DNA of 64,000 bases from Candidatus Cloacimonadota bacterium (GTDB taxonomy: Bacteria > Cloacimonadota > Cloacimonadia > Cloacimonadales > JAIOQZ01), in contig JAIOQZ010000038.1 in assembly GCA_021108395.1 (NCBI GenBank), positions 3,415 to 67,414 of the forward strand. Direction: 5' to 3'. This document shows positions 17,185-28,695 of the stretch, in pieces (position 1 is the stretch's first letter; every line of letters starts with the position of its first letter). A program made the translations under genes and the position numbers. The notes beneath the pieces are model-generated. The model was given only the letters and a program-made list of their open reading frames with translations, did no database searches and was not told the DNA's origin.

Positions 17185-20100
17185 TCACCGATCCAGGATT
17201 TCTCGCACCTTGGCTGTGAGGCCCTGAACATTGAAGGGCTTCTGTATGAAGGCTATTCCAGGGTCCAGCACACCGCGGTGCGCAATGACATTGTCGGTGT
17301 AGCCTGACATGAAAAGCACCTTCATGTCCGGGTTGTCTTTGGCAACCCGTGCATATAGCTCTCTTCCGTTCATTTCCGGCATGACAACGTCGGTTAACAG
17401 AAGATGCACGGTTCCTTCGTGCGAATTCAGAACGTGCAAGGCTTGCTCACCGTTTCCCGCCTCCAGCACAGTGTATCCTTTGCGCGTCAATATGGCTTTG
17501 GCAAGATTGCGCACATGCTCGTTGTCCTCGGCCAGCAAGATGGTTTCGGAACCTCCAGAATCTGTAAGCGACTTATCCGTAGAAGAGGATTTAGTGATTC
17601 TTTTCCCGCTAATGGGCAAGTATATCTTGAAGGTTGCTCCCTTGCCAGGTTCGCTGTAGAGCCAGATATTGCCGTTGTGCTGCTTGATGATACCATAAAC
17701 GGTGGACAGCCCCAAACCTGTGCCCTCTTCTTTGCTCTTGGTCGTGAAGAACGGCTCAAAAACGTGGCGCCTGGTTTCCTCATCCATGCCACAACCATTG
17801 TCACTGATGACCATTATGATATAATGGCCGGGTGCAACGCCGGGCTTTTTCTGGGTGTAATTTTCGTCCAGTTCGACACAACCGGTTTCAATAATCAGCT
17901 CGCCACCATCGGGCATGGCATCCTGAGCGTTGACCACCAGATTCATAATGACCTGCTCCAACTGTCCGGCATCACCCATGATGAATGGTATAGAATAATC
18001 GGGAATCAGTTTGATGGCGATATCTTCTCGAATCGTGCGGCGAAGCAGTTTCTCGAACCTTATCAGCAAGGCATTCAGGTTAATGTGTTTAAATTCGAGG
18101 GTCTGTTTGCGACTGAAAGCCAGGAGCTGGCTGACCAGATCCCTTGCACGGATACTGGCGCTCACGATTTCTTCCAGCGACTCCCTGCGCACATCGTCAG
18201 CGCCGGCGTCCTCGAGCAGAATCTCGCTGTAACCCAGAATCGGGGTGAGCAGGTTGTTCAGGTCATGGGCTACACCGCCGGCCAAACGGCCAATGGACTC
18301 TAATTTCTGAGCTTGGCGATATTGTTCCTCGAGCCGCGCCTTTTCTTCTTCCGCCTGCTTGCGCTTTGTCAGGTCGATGCCCATGCCGACGAGGCAGGGT
18401 TCACCGTCTTCCACAAACCGTGCGCCGGTGAAATTGTAAGGTGTGGCGCTACCGTCCTTTGCTATCATTAAGGTCTCAAAGACAGACTTGCCTTTCTCAA
18501 ATATATCCCGAACAAAAGCTCTCACTTTATCGTGTTCTTCTGGAAGGAAGAAATTCATTGGATTCATGTCTTTGATTTCATCTGAGGAATACCCGGAAAC
18601 TCTTTCGAAGGTGTGATTCCAGCGTAGATACTTACCTTGCTTGCTTATCACATAAAAGGCGCCGGGAAGGCTGTCCAGCGCCGCCTCGGTAAACGCCTTC
18701 TCTCTGAGGAGCGCCTCTTCCGTACGTTTGCGCATGGTCAGGTCTAAGCCCATGCCGACAAGGCAGGGCACACCATCCTCCTCGAATCTGGCGCCGGTTA
18801 AATGATAGGGAGTCGTGCTTCCATCCTTCGCTTTGCAGTTGGCTTCAAATGAAGCCCAACCGGTTTCAAACACTTCTTGTATAGCCTCGCGGAGAATGGC
18901 GTGTTGGTCCGCCGGAAAGAAATCAGCTGGATGCATTCGCTTGATTTCATCCGCGGAATACCCTGAGACGGTCTCGAAATTGCGGTTCCAGCGCAGGAAA
19001 TTGCCGTGCTCGTCATAAACATAAAAGATGCCGGACAGGCTGTCCAACGCCGCCTCGATGAACGCCTTCTCTTTGAGAAGTTCCTCCTCGGCTCGCTTGC
19101 GGTCGGTAATGTCGATCAATATCCCATTGGTCCACTCGGCTTTTTCAGGGTCGTCTTCAAGTGGAATGCCGGTGCTGCGAGCCTGAAACCATCGCCAGCC
19201 CTTTTCGGGATGCTCGAATCGTATTTCCTCGTCATAAACAAACGGCGGTTTGGAACTCATCTTGTTTGCTTTAATCAACCTGGGGAGATCATCGGGGTGT
19301 ACGTTAGCATACCAGAAAGACACATTATAGGCATCTTCCATTGGAATGCCCAGCAAATCGGTAATGGAGGGACTTACGAGCGTGACGATGGACGTCATGG
19401 GGTCTGGCCCTGCTTTCAGTCGGTATATCATGTATCCCACCGGGTTCTCCAGCAGCGAAGTGAGATGCATGTCTCGTTCTTTCAGCGCTTCTTCCGCCTG
19501 TATGTGCTCGGTGATGTCGCGCTGCATGCCCCAGATGCGCACAAGATTACCCTCTTCCACCACGGCGCTGTAGCTCTCGGACATGTAAAGAGTTTGGCCA
19601 TTCTTGTCCACATTAGGAAGTTCCAAGTCCTTTATTTGGTGTTTCGGCGCTCTGACAACCAACAGGGCGCCCTTGCCATGAGCGGGCGCAAAGTCTGTAA
19701 CCGGCCTGCCAATCATGTCCTCGACCCGAAGCCCGTACATCTTCGCCAGGGCTTCATTCACTTCGCCCACAATAGCATGTTTATCTATGGACACCACGAG
19801 TTCCTCGTCCGGCACATCGATGGGAACAGGAACGGTGAAGTCGATGCGATAGATGCCCTCACTCGCGTTTTTCACGAAATTCTGATAGCGTTCATGGCTC
19901 TCACGCAAAGAATCCTCCGCCCACTTACGGTCGGTGACATCATGCGTCACGCCAACGACGAAGCTCGGTTTTCCATCCGGCCCAGTCATAATTTTCGCAT
20001 TACTCCGCGTGAAGATGGTGGAACCGTCTTTGCAGTTTAGTTCAGCCTCGAAAGTGGTCGGTGTCCAGCCTTCTTCATTTCCAGCGTCAATCAATTTCAG

Positions 20101-21294
20101 CTTGCGGTTGAGCGTGTTAAGCGCCATGGCCAACGACTCGGGCACCATGAAATCAGCCGGTGTCCGCGTCATGGCTTCATTCACCGTAAAACCGCATAAC
20201 TGGAGAACCGAGGGGCTGACGAAAGTGAAACGCAAGCTCAAGTCTATAGTCCAGATGACATCGGAAACGTTCTCAGTCAGCAGGCGAAAGTGGCTTTCGC
20301 TTTCTTCGAGATCACGCAGAAACAACAGACTGCTCAGGCCATCGGTGAGGCGACGGCTCATACCTCTGAAGAGCTGAATATCCTCGGAAGACCACTCACG
20401 GGCATGCGAGCACTGGTGCATTCCAAACAACCAGGGTTTGCCTGTCCGGGGAATGATTGCGGTGACCAATTGCGCCTGCACACCAAACTGCTCGGTCAAT
20501 TCAGGATAAATCTGATGTTCAAAGACTGGGCCATAAGGAACAGGACCTTCTGAGGCGAGCGCAACTCGGCATACTTCATCCACGCCAGGCTTCATCGGAA
20601 GCTCCACATCGAGGATGAACGCTCCGGGATATTCCGGGCGGCTTTGCTCTACTGGAATGCGAAATGTCGGGGAATCCGGGTCACATGGGTATAAGAGCCA
20701 GGCTCTGTCGCAGCCGAAGATGTTCAGGACTTCTTTCATGACGTCCTGCAACAGTTGGTCGAGATTGTCGGCGCTCTGAATGATGTGGTTAATCCGATTC
20801 ATATGCTTAAACACGTTCAGTTGGACCTGTAGCGCTTCCTGCATCCGGTATTCTTCAGATACATCCCGGAAAACAAGCGCCACGCCGGTAAGGCCTCCCT
20901 GGTCGCTATGGATGGGGGCGCAGCTATCGGAAATTGGCCTTTGGGCGCCGTCAGTGGATACAAGCAACGTATATTGATCGAGGTTAGAAGCAGTTTCATC
21001 GCGCAAAACTCGTGCAACCGGGCTTTCGACCGTGGCGCGGGTGTTGATGTCAACCAGGCGGAACACCTCGTCTATGTGCTGGCCACATGCTTTGTCTTCG
21101 TTCCAGCCGGTGAGTTGCTCTGCAATCGGGTTCATTTGCTGCACGTTTCCACTTGTATCGATGACAATCATGCCGTCGCCAATACCATAGAGCGCGGCGC
21201 GATACCGTTGTTCGCCCGCTTCGAGTTCAGCTACTCTTTTTCTGAGAAATTCAACCTCACGAACCAGTGAGTCGTTGTTTTTCGCTTTGCACAT
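17185..21294 (-). CDS. Multi-PAS/GAF hybrid sensor histidine kinase with C-terminal receiver
   Basis: Several PAS modules, including a tandem duplicated pair; H-box GGVAHDLNNLLTPILGY; ATPase boxes NAQDAMP, DNGCGM, GTGLGLS; receiver ILLAEDNEHVRN...LLLTDVVMPEMNG. Confidence 0.9.
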   Translation of the reverse strand: MCKAKNNDSLVREVEFLRKRVAELEAGEQRYRAALYGIGDGMIVIDTSGNVQQMNPIAEQLTGWNEDKACGQHIDEVFRLVDINTRATVESPVARVLRDETASNLDQYTLLVSTDGAQRPISDSCAPIHSDQGGLTGVALVFRDVSEEYRMQEALQVQLNVFKHMNRINHIIQSADNLDQLLQDVMKEVLNIFGCDRAWLLYPCDPDSPTFRIPVEQSRPEYPGAFILDVELPMKPGVDEVCRVALASEGPVPYGPVFEHQIYPELTEQFGVQAQLVTAIIPRTGKPWLFGMHQCSHAREWSSEDIQLFRGMSRRLTDGLSSLLFLRDLEESESHFRLLTENVSDVIWTIDLSLRFTFVSPSVLQLCGFTVNEAMTRTPADFMVPESLAMALNTLNRKLKLIDAGNEEGWTPTTFEAELNCKDGSTIFTRSNAKIMTGPDGKPSFVVGVTHDVTDRKWAEDSLRESHERYQNFVKNASEGIYRIDFTVPVPIDVPDEELVVSIDKHAIVGEVNEALAKMYGLRVEDMIGRPVTDFAPAHGKGALLVVRAPKHQIKDLELPNVDKNGQTLYMSESYSAVVEEGNLVRIWGMQRDITEHIQAEEALKERDMHLTSLLENPVGYMIYRLKAGPDPMTSIVTLVSPSITDLLGIPMEDAYNVSFWYANVHPDDLPRLIKANKMSSKPPFVYDEEIRFEHPEKGWRWFQARSTGIPLEDDPEKAEWTNGILIDITDRKRAEEELLKEKAFIEAALDSLSGIFYVYDEHGNFLRWNRNFETVSGYSADEIKRMHPADFFPADQHAILREAIQEVFETGWASFEANCKAKDGSTTPYHLTGARFEEDGVPCLVGMGLDLTMRKRTEEALLREKAFTEAALDSLPGAFYVISKQGKYLRWNHTFERVSGYSSDEIKDMNPMNFFLPEEHDKVRAFVRDIFEKGKSVFETLMIAKDGSATPYNFTGARFVEDGEPCLVGMGIDLTKRKQAEEEKARLEEQYRQAQKLESIGRLAGGVAHDLNNLLTPILGYSEILLEDAGADDVRRESLEEIVSASIRARDLVSQLLAFSRKQTLEFKHINLNALLIRFEKLLRRTIREDIAIKLIPDYSIPFIMGDAGQLEQVIMNLVVNAQDAMPDGGELIIETGCVELDENYTQKKPGVAPGHYIIMVISDNGCGMDEETRRHVFEPFFTTKSKEEGTGLGLSTVYGIIKQHNGNIWLYSEPGKGATFKIYLPISGKRITKSSSTDKSLTDSGGSETILLAEDNEHVRNLAKAILTRKGYTVLEAGNGEQALHVLNSHEGTVHLLLTDVVMPEMNGRELYARVAKDNPDMKVLFMSGYTDNVIAHRGVLDPGIAFIQKPFNVQGLTAKVREILDR

Positions 21295-21682
21295 TGCCGA
21301 TTCCTTGTCATTCTAAATGATAATCTTGCTCGAATAGAGGGGAGGAATACTTCCCTAATCATTATCTCTAAAACATATTTTCTCTATAAAGTCAAGGATT
21401 ATATATTCAAAGATAACCAGTACATGGCATTGCCGGATTTTGTGGCAGTTGCATTTCGAGTGTTCTGCGAAAATATCGATAAGACAGGAGTGAACCGGAC
21501 ACATGGCCTACAAGTATGTATTGCTATGAGTTACATGCTGAGTGGCATTTGCTGTCTGGTAGCCGTGAAACAAACATAGTTCGTCAGAATGGAATGCTTG
21601 ATTACACTATCTTGACACAACATTGTTGGCGGGTGGTCTCGATGGAATATCTTAGAGAATCCCCTGGAAAGAAGATTTGGAG

Positions 21683-24600
21683 ATGAAATCTATGGGTAAA
21701 GCGAAGCGAGTCCAGAGCTGGACAGCCGGCATATTATTGGTTTACCTGCTTTCCGGCGGGCTGTTCACCTGGTTCATGCTCAAGCTAACAGACCGGAACA
21801 TGAGAAACGAATTGTTGTTAAGCGCCAATCTGGTGGCAACATCCATGAACATCGAGCGCATCAAGTCTCTTTCCGGCGCCGAGGCTGACCTCGGCACGGT
21901 GGACTATCTACGGCTGAAACAGCAACTTGCTCAAGCCAGGGATGTAAACAGGAACTGTCGCTTCATCTATCTCATGGGACAAATGCCTGACGGGGCCGTG
22001 TTCTTCTTCGTGGACAGTGAACCGGTCGGCTCCGAGGATGAATCGCTTGCGGGGCAGATATACGAGGAGATTTCGGTCGAGTATTTGCAGGCGTTCGAGA
22101 CCGGAACCCAACTAGTCGATGGACCCGTGACCAACCGCTGGGGCACGTGGATTACCGCGCTAATCCCGATTACCGACCCGCAGACTGGTGAGCTTATCGC
22201 CATGCTGGGCATGGACATCGACGCGGGAAGCTGGAAGTGGGATGTCATCGCCGGTTCGGCCCTGCCTGTTGGACTGATGCTTGCTGTGATGATAATGCTT
22301 GGCTCGGGATTATTTGCGGCCAGAGGTGATGCGAAAATCTCGAACCAACCAGTCCTGCGCCGCCTGCTGATTCCCTTGGCCACAGTGTTGCTGTTGCTGG
22401 TCGGTGGATTCGGTTTTGTGCTGTTGAGGGTTCAGCAGGTACAGCTTGATCGGGCCAGCCAGAACGAATCCGAAAATGCCGTAACCGGGCTGTCCCAAGC
22501 GCTGGCCATGCATTCCAGTTCGCTTGAAAGCCATGAAGATGTGTTCCTTCACAATGCGAACCTGTGCAATGCACTGAAAGGGCAAGACCGGCAGGCCCTG
22601 CTGGCCGAGTGTGAAGACATCTTCGAACATCTGCGGGAAGAGCATAACGTTATGTATTTCTACTTTCACAGCCCGGATAGAATCAACCTGCTGCGAGCGC
22701 ATATGCCTGAAAAGCACGGCGACCTTATCGACCGATTCACCGTCCTCGAAGCCGAGCGCACCGGCGAGGTGGCTTCGGGCATAGAGATGGGATCGTTGAA
22801 CATATTCACATTGTGGGTGGTGCAGCCAGTCTATGACGGCGATACGCTCATCGGCTACATTGAGATGGGCAAGGAAATCGAGCACCTCCTGGCCGGTATT
22901 CACATGCAATCGGAAATCGAGCTGGCTGTGTTCATGCACAAGGATGCCCTCGAACGCTCTCAATGGGAAGCGGGCATGAAGATGCTGGGTCGGGAAGCCG
23001 ACTGGGACCGGTTTGACGACAAAGCGCTGATCTACTCATCCCTGCCTCGGTTCCCTTCAGACTTTGCGAGCTTTCTCAGTGAGGAGGAGCATCGGCATGG
23101 CGAGGTGTCCGCCAGGCGAAAATGGGACGGCAAATCCTGGCATATGCTGGTTGCCCCGATGATGGATGCATCCGGGGACGAGGTGGGAGATCTGGTCGTG
23201 CTGCATGACATCTCCGAGTCGGTGACAACGATGAACCGCTTGATAGCGGTCGTCATCGGCGTGACGGTTGTTCTGCTGGCCGGGCTGTTTGGTTTTCTGT
23301 ACATTGCGCTGCTGCGAGTTGACAGAGGCATCATTGAGCGGGAGGCGGGCCTCGCCAGGTCAGAGGCATTCCAGCGTACGCTTCTGAAGGCTCTGCCCGA
23401 TTTTGTCTTTGTTCTTGATGAAAAGGGCACAATTCTGAGAGTGAACAAGATGATACAAGGCCTTCGTGAAGAAGACGTCATCGGCAGGAACGTTTTTATA
23501 TTCGCACAATCGGAGCATCGCGAAGCTTGCATAGACACCTTACGGCAAGCTCTGAAAACGGGACAGATGCAGACTATGGATGCTGAAGCGATTCTCCCGG
23601 ACGGACAGCATCACTTCCTCAACCGCCTGATTCCGGTGACCATTGTCGGTGAAGAAATAACTTTCGTGCTCATCAGCACCGACATCACGCAGCGCAAGCT
23701 GGACGAAAAAGCCATACGAGCAAGTGAAGCGAAATACAAGGAATTGTTCAATCTATTGCCATACGGCGGAGAAGTTCTGGACACTGAGGCTACTATTGTG
23801 GATTGCAGCCCCAGCACTGCTGAGATGCTTGGATACCCGTCTGATGAAATAATTGGCAGGCGCATCACCGATTTTGTTGCTTCCGCTTATCATGATGAAT
23901 TGAAGCATAAGTTTCCTGAGTTGTTGAAAGGCAAATCACTACAGGTCGAGATTGAAATGGTGCGCAAGGATGGCACAACGCTGGATGTTCTGCGAGCCGC
24001 CACACCTATGAAGAATGATGCCGGCGAAATTACTGGAATACTGGCTGTCAATTTCGACATCTCCGAGCGCAAGCTGGCGGAAAAAGCCATGCAGGATTCC
24101 AAGGAGCGCATAGAAACGATTACGCGCTCCATCCAGAGCGGTGTGATCGTCATCGATGCCCAAACCTATGAAATCGTCGAAGCCAACCCTGCGGCACAGG
24201 CAATGCTGAATCTGGAACGGCAGGATATTGTCGGAAAAACCTGTAGCGGTTTCATCTGTATGCCAGAGATTGACGGTTGCCCTTTAATGGACAGCGAAAA
24301 GCAATACAATAGCCGTGAGACAGTAATTATTGGAAAGGACGGGGAAGAAACAGCGGTGCTCAAGACAATTGTGCCCATCGTTCTGGATGGGAAGGATTGC
24401 CTGCTCGAAACATTCGTGGACATCTCCGAGCGCAAGTTGGCGGAAAGAATCACGCAGGATTCCCAGAAGCGCATCGAAACGATTATGCAGTCCATCCAGA
24501 GCGGAATCTTTGTAATCGAAGCTGGCACCAATATAATTCTCGAAGCCAACCCGATGGCTCAAAAGATGATCGGCGCCGAGCGGGACGAAATAATCGGCCG

Positions 24601-26842
24601 CGTCTGTCATCAATACGTCTGTCCGCATCAACAGGGCAATTGTCCCATCACCGATGCCGGAGAGCAGGTTGATAACCGTGAAACGGTTCTTATCGGGAAG
24701 GATGGGGAAGAAACAGCAGTGCTTAAAACAGTTGTACCCATCGTGCTGGATGGGAAGAATTGCCTGCTCGAGACATTCGTGGACATCTCCGAGCGCAAGA
24801 GAGCCGAAGAAGAGATGCGAATGATGAACGTTCAACTTGAAAAGCAAACGGCCCTGGCCACCAACATGGCCGCCCAAGCGGAAATGGCAAATGCCGCAAA
24901 GAGTGAGTTCCTGGCCAACATGAGCCACGAAATCCGTACGCCCATGAACGGTGTTATTGGCATGACAGGTCTGCTGCTGGACACAGAGCTGACCCCCGAG
25001 CAAAGCCGCTACGCCGAAACCGTGCGCGTCAGCGGCGAGGTCTTGCTGGAGCTGATAAACGACATCCTCGACTTCTCCAAGATAGAAGCGGGACGCATGG
25101 ACTTGGAGATTATCGACTTCGACCTGCGTACGATGATGGACGATTATGCCGAGATTATGGCGCTGAAAGCGCAGCAAAAGGGCCTCGAGTTCATCTGCGG
25201 TGTCACCCCTGAAACACCGGTATTCTTACAGGGCGATCCTGGCCGCTTGCGCCAGATTCTGGTCAATCTCGCAGGCAACGCCGTCAAGTTCACCCACACG
25301 GGCGAGGTTTCCGTTCGAGCCAGCCTGGATTCGGAGACGGACAACGAGGTGATGTTGCGGTTCTCGATCCGCGACACAGGCATTGGTATTCCCCAAGACA
25401 AGCAGGACAAGCTGTTTCACCAGTTTACCCAGGTGGATGCCTCGACCACACGCAAATATGGCGGCACCGGCCTTGGGCTGGCCATCTCGAAACAGCTTTC
25501 TGCCGCGATGGATGGAGAGATTGGCATGATTTCCGAAGAAGGCGAAGGCTCTGAATTCTGGTTTACTGCCCGTTTCTACAAACAGCCTGAGCGAAAACAT
25601 GAAGCTTCACCACCTATCGATATTACTGGAGTTCGTGTCCTTGTGGTGGACGACAACGCAACCAATCGTGAATTGCTGATGTCTCAATTTGCGTCTTGGG
25701 GGGCGCGACCCGATGATGCTCCTGACGGTGAAACCGGCCTGCGCCTACTGCGCGAGGCTGTCGAAACTGGCGAGCCATACCGCGTGGCCGTTCTGGATAT
25801 GCAAATGCCCGGTATGGACGGAGCGGAACTGGGCAAGGCTATCAAGACAGACACCGCGCTGTCCGAAACGAAACTGCTGCTGATGACCTCCATGGGACGG
25901 CGTGGAGACGCTCGCCGCTTCGAAGAAATCGGTTATGACGCCTACCTGACAAAACCAGTGCGGCAGACAGACCTGTTCGGTTGTCTGTCCGCAGTGCTTC
26001 AAGGAGACACTCACGAAAACGGACGGCATATCGTTACCCGACACACCATCCGAGAATTGCAGCGTAGCGGGGTGCGCATCCTGCTGGCCGAAGACAACAT
26101 CACCAACCAGCAGGTAGCGTTGGGAATGCTGAAAAAGCTGGGGCTGTCGGCCGACCCGGTGGCAAATGGCGCCGAAGCTGTCAAGGCGCTGGAAACGATT
26201 CCCTACAACCTTGTGCTGATGGACATCCAAATGCCGGAAATGGACGGCTTCGAAGCCATCTCATACATTCGAGACACACACTCGAAAGTACTCGATCACG
26301 ACATTCCTGTAATCGCCATGACCGCCAACGCCTTGCAGGGAGATCGCGACAAATGCATCGAAGCCGGCATGAACGACTATCTTACCAAGCCGGTCAACTC
26401 GAAGGTTCTTGCCGAATTACTCGAAAAATGGCTTCCAAAAACGCTCGAGGAGAGCCTGTCTGAGAAAATTGTTGAGCAGGCTGTGGAAACCAAGCAGGAC
26501 ACCCCCGCGCCTCCCGTCTTCGACAGGGAGATCCTGCTGGAGCGCCTGATGGACGACGAAGACCTCGTGAAAGAAATTACCGAGCTGTTCCTGGGTGACA
26601 TTCCTGTACAGATTCAAGCACTGAAAGATGCCCTCGATGCCGAAGACGCCAGCGTCGCCGAGCGTGTGGCTCACACCATCAAGGGCGCTTCCGCTAATGT
26701 GTCAGGTGAGGCTTTGAGCAAGCTGGCCCACAAGATGGAGAAAGCGGGCAAAGCGGGGAACCTGGATGATGTTCGCGGCCTCATGGCCGAGCTCGAATCT
26801 CAGTTCGCTTTGCTGCATACAGCGATGACAAAGGATCTATGA
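21683..26842 (+). CDS. Very large hybrid sensor kinase: periplasmic sensor regions, HAMP-less TM, multiple PAS, HisKA-HATPase, two receivers, HPt
   Basis: H-box [18 protein letters not shown]; [22 protein letters not shown]; receivers [11 protein letters not shown] and [11 protein letters not shown]...DIQMPEMDG; HPt [11 protein letters not shown]. The start is ambiguous (TTG 21677, ATG 21683 or ATG 21692). Confidence 0.9.
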   Translation: MKSMGKAKRVQSWTAGILLVYLLSGGLFTWFMLKLTDRNMRNELLLSANLVATSMNIERIKSLSGAEADLGTVDYLRLKQQLAQARDVNRNCRFIYLMGQMPDGAVFFFVDSEPVGSEDESLAGQIYEEISVEYLQAFETGTQLVDGPVTNRWGTWITALIPITDPQTGELIAMLGMDIDAGSWKWDVIAGSALPVGLMLAVMIMLGSGLFAARGDAKISNQPVLRRLLIPLATVLLLLVGGFGFVLLRVQQVQLDRASQNESENAVTGLSQALAMHSSSLESHEDVFLHNANLCNALKGQDRQALLAECEDIFEHLREEHNVMYFYFHSPDRINLLRAHMPEKHGDLIDRFTVLEAERTGEVASGIEMGSLNIFTLWVVQPVYDGDTLIGYIEMGKEIEHLLAGIHMQSEIELAVFMHKDALERSQWEAGMKMLGREADWDRFDDKALIYSSLPRFPSDFASFLSEEEHRHGEVSARRKWDGKSWHMLVAPMMDASGDEVGDLVVLHDISESVTTMNRLIAVVIGVTVVLLAGLFGFLYIALLRVDRGIIEREAGLARSEAFQRTLLKALPDFVFVLDEKGTILRVNKMIQGLREEDVIGRNVFIFAQSEHREACIDTLRQALKTGQMQTMDAEAILPDGQHHFLNRLIPVTIVGEEITFVLISTDITQRKLDEKAIRASEAKYKELFNLLPYGGEVLDTEATIVDCSPSTAEMLGYPSDEIIGRRITDFVASAYHDELKHKFPELLKGKSLQVEIEMVRKDGTTLDVLRAATPMKNDAGEITGILAVNFDISERKLAEKAMQDSKERIETITRSIQSGVIVIDAQTYEIVEANPAAQAMLNLERQDIVGKTCSGFICMPEIDGCPLMDSEKQYNSRETVIIGKDGEETAVLKTIVPIVLDGKDCLLETFVDISERKLAERITQDSQKRIETIMQSIQSGIFVIEAGTNIILEANPMAQKMIGAERDEIIGRVCHQYVCPHQQGNCPITDAGEQVDNRETVLIGKDGEETAVLKTVVPIVLDGKNCLLETFVDISERKRAEEEMRMMNVQLEKQTALATNMAAQAEMANAAKSEFLANMSHEIRTPMNGVIGMTGLLLDTELTPEQSRYAETVRVSGEVLLELINDILDFSKIEAGRMDLEIIDFDLRTMMDDYAEIMALKAQQKGLEFICGVTPETPVFLQGDPGRLRQILVNLAGNAVKFTHTGEVSVRASLDSETDNEVMLRFSIRDTGIGIPQDKQDKLFHQFTQVDASTTRKYGGTGLGLAISKQLSAAMDGEIGMISEEGEGSEFWFTARFYKQPERKHEASPPIDITGVRVLVVDDNATNRELLMSQFASWGARPDDAPDGETGLRLLREAVETGEPYRVAVLDMQMPGMDGAELGKAIKTDTALSETKLLLMTSMGRRGDARRFEEIGYDAYLTKPVRQTDLFGCLSAVLQGDTHENGRHIVTRHTIRELQRSGVRILLAEDNITNQQVALGMLKKLGLSADPVANGAEAVKALETIPYNLVLMDIQMPEMDGFEAISYIRDTHSKVLDHDIPVIAMTANALQGDRDKCIEAGMNDYLTKPVNSKVLAELLEKWLPKTLEESLSEKIVEQAVETKQDTPAPPVFDREILLERLMDDEDLVKEITELFLGDIPVQIQALKDALDAEDASVAERVAHTIKGASANVSGEALSKLAHKMEKAGKAGNLDDVRGLMAELESQFALLHTAMTKDL

Positions 26843-26868
26843 ATCATGAAATTGAAAGGTGAGGTATC

Positions 26869-27921
26869 ATGAAAATTCTAATTGTCGAAGATGATTCTAC
26901 CAGCAGTTTTATACTGGGGAAACTGGTGATGGATTATGGCGCCCCGCATTTTGCCTTCAACGGCAAAGAGGCAGTCGATGCTGTTCATGTCGCTCTGGCG
27001 ATGAAAGAGCCATACGACTTGATATTTCTGGACATCATGATGCCGGTAATGAACGGACAGACCGCGCTGAAGAAAATCCGAGCGGCAGAGGAGGCCAGCG
27101 GGATAGCCTCCCCTGATTGTGCGAAGATAGTGATGACCACAGCGCTTTCCGATACCGGCAACATCAAGAACGCATTCTTGAATCAATGCGACACATACCT
27201 TGTAAAGCCCATCGTGAAGGCCAAATTGCACGAAGAGCTTCAGAAACTGGAGATAAGCAAATCAGGGGAAAAGGGAAACAAACGCATGCGTATCCTGATT
27301 TCCGAAGACGATATCACCACACGCAATATGCTTGCAGCCGGACTGAAAAAATGGGACTATGAAGTGGTGGAGACAAAAAACGGCGCGGAAGCGTGGGATG
27401 TGATGCAGCAGCCTGACGCGCCCCAGTTGGCCATTATCGACTGGCTGATGCCGGTTATGGACGGCCTGGAGTTTGTGCGTCGAGTTCAGGCCAGGCAAGC
27501 ACAGCAACTGAAAGATGGCGCCCAGCAGGGAACAGTTTACAAGCCCTATATCATCATGCTGACTATTAAAGGCGAAAAGAAAGACATCATCGCAGGGTTG
27601 GGAGCCGGAGCCGATGATTACTTGACAAAGCCGTTCGATCCGGGAGAGCTTTGGGCCAGGGTCGAGGTTGGTCGCCGCATGGTTGTGATGCAAGAGCGTT
27701 TGGCTTCGCAGGTTCAGAAGCTTTACAAGGCTTTCGATCACATAAAAACCCTTCAGGGCATTCTGCCCATCTGTTCATTTTGCAAGAAGATACGCAACGA
27801 CGATGGCTACTGGAGCCAGGTAGAGGAATATGTCAGCAGCCATTCAGAAGCTGCGTTCAGCCACAGTGTTTGCCCTGATTGCATGGATAAGCACTATCCA
27901 GATATCGAAATAGATCCGTGA
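26869..27921 (+). CDS. Response regulator with two receiver domains and a C-terminal Cys4 motif
   Basis: REC1 MKILIVEDD...FLDIMMPVMNG; REC2 MRILISEDD...IDWLMPVMDG...KPF; tail ILPICSFCKKIRNDDGYWSQVEEYVSSHSEAAFSHSVCPDCMDKHYP. Confidence 0.85.
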   Translation: MKILIVEDDSTSSFILGKLVMDYGAPHFAFNGKEAVDAVHVALAMKEPYDLIFLDIMMPVMNGQTALKKIRAAEEASGIASPDCAKIVMTTALSDTGNIKNAFLNQCDTYLVKPIVKAKLHEELQKLEISKSGEKGNKRMRILISEDDITTRNMLAAGLKKWDYEVVETKNGAEAWDVMQQPDAPQLAIIDWLMPVMDGLEFVRRVQARQAQQLKDGAQQGTVYKPYIIMLTIKGEKKDIIAGLGAGADDYLTKPFDPGELWARVEVGRRMVVMQERLASQVQKLYKAFDHIKTLQGILPICSFCKKIRNDDGYWSQVEEYVSSHSEAAFSHSVCPDCMDKHYPDIEIDP

Positions 27922-28006
27922 TCGGCGAGTGTCATCTTGACGATGCCCAGGGAAATTCCCCGAGCATGCAGTTCGGAGATAGTGATTATATCTAAGGAAA
28001 ATAACA

Positions 28007-28588
28007 TTGCAAAAGTACATTCACGGTTTACGCAAAGATATTGTTTTCGAGGCCAACCTGAAGGGTAGCAAGTTCGTTTTCAACAGCACCTGGGGCCTTT
28101 TCAGTCCGAAGGAAATCGACAAAGGCTCGCTTATGCTCATCGACCATGTATGCATCGAGCCAACTGACCACACACTCGAGGTGGGTTGCGGTTATGGCCC
28201 CATCGGGCTCGCCATTGCGAGGATGTCCCCGCAGGGTGTCGTTCATATGTTGGACAAGGATTTCGTGGCTGTTGATTATGCCAGGAAAAACGCGCAGGCA
28301 AATGGAATCAGTAATTGCGACATCTATTTGAGCAACGCTTTCAGCAATGTCCCCGATATGGAATTTGACAATATCGTCTCCAACCTGCCGGCAAAAGTGG
28401 GCAAAGAGATGCTGTATCTGATTCTGAACGACGCGAAAAGCCATTTGAAAACGGGCGGCAAGTTCTATGTAGTGGTCATTGCCGGCCTGAAAGAATACAT
28501 CAAACGCAATTTCAATGAAGTATTCGGGAATTACACAAAGCTCAAGCAGGGCAACAAGTACATGGTGGCTGTCGCCACGAAAGAGTGA
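28007..28588 (+). CDS. Class I SAM-dependent methyltransferase (small-domain, RsmC/RsmD-like)
   Basis: Motif I LEVGCGYGPIGLAIA and motif IV-like IVSNLPAKVG. It has a TTG start, and the substrate is unknown. Confidence 0.75.
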   Translation: MQKYIHGLRKDIVFEANLKGSKFVFNSTWGLFSPKEIDKGSLMLIDHVCIEPTDHTLEVGCGYGPIGLAIARMSPQGVVHMLDKDFVAVDYARKNAQANGISNCDIYLSNAFSNVPDMEFDNIVSNLPAKVGKEMLYLILNDAKSHLKTGGKFYVVVIAGLKEYIKRNFNEVFGNYTKLKQGNKYMVAVATKE

Positions 28589-28695
28589 CGCTGCGGGAGA
28601 ATGGGGGGAGGGAGGGGAGTAAGGGAGATGATAAAAATCTCTGAAGCTTAGAATTCAGCCATAAGACATTTACTATTCCGTTTTGAAAAATGTTC

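Noticed and set aside
19006-20040. 344-aa plus-strand ORF, along with other 100-300-aa antisense ORFs inside the kinase genes
   Set aside because: They lie opposite PAS-encoding sequence of the 1369-aa kinase. They have no motifs and a shadow-frame composition.
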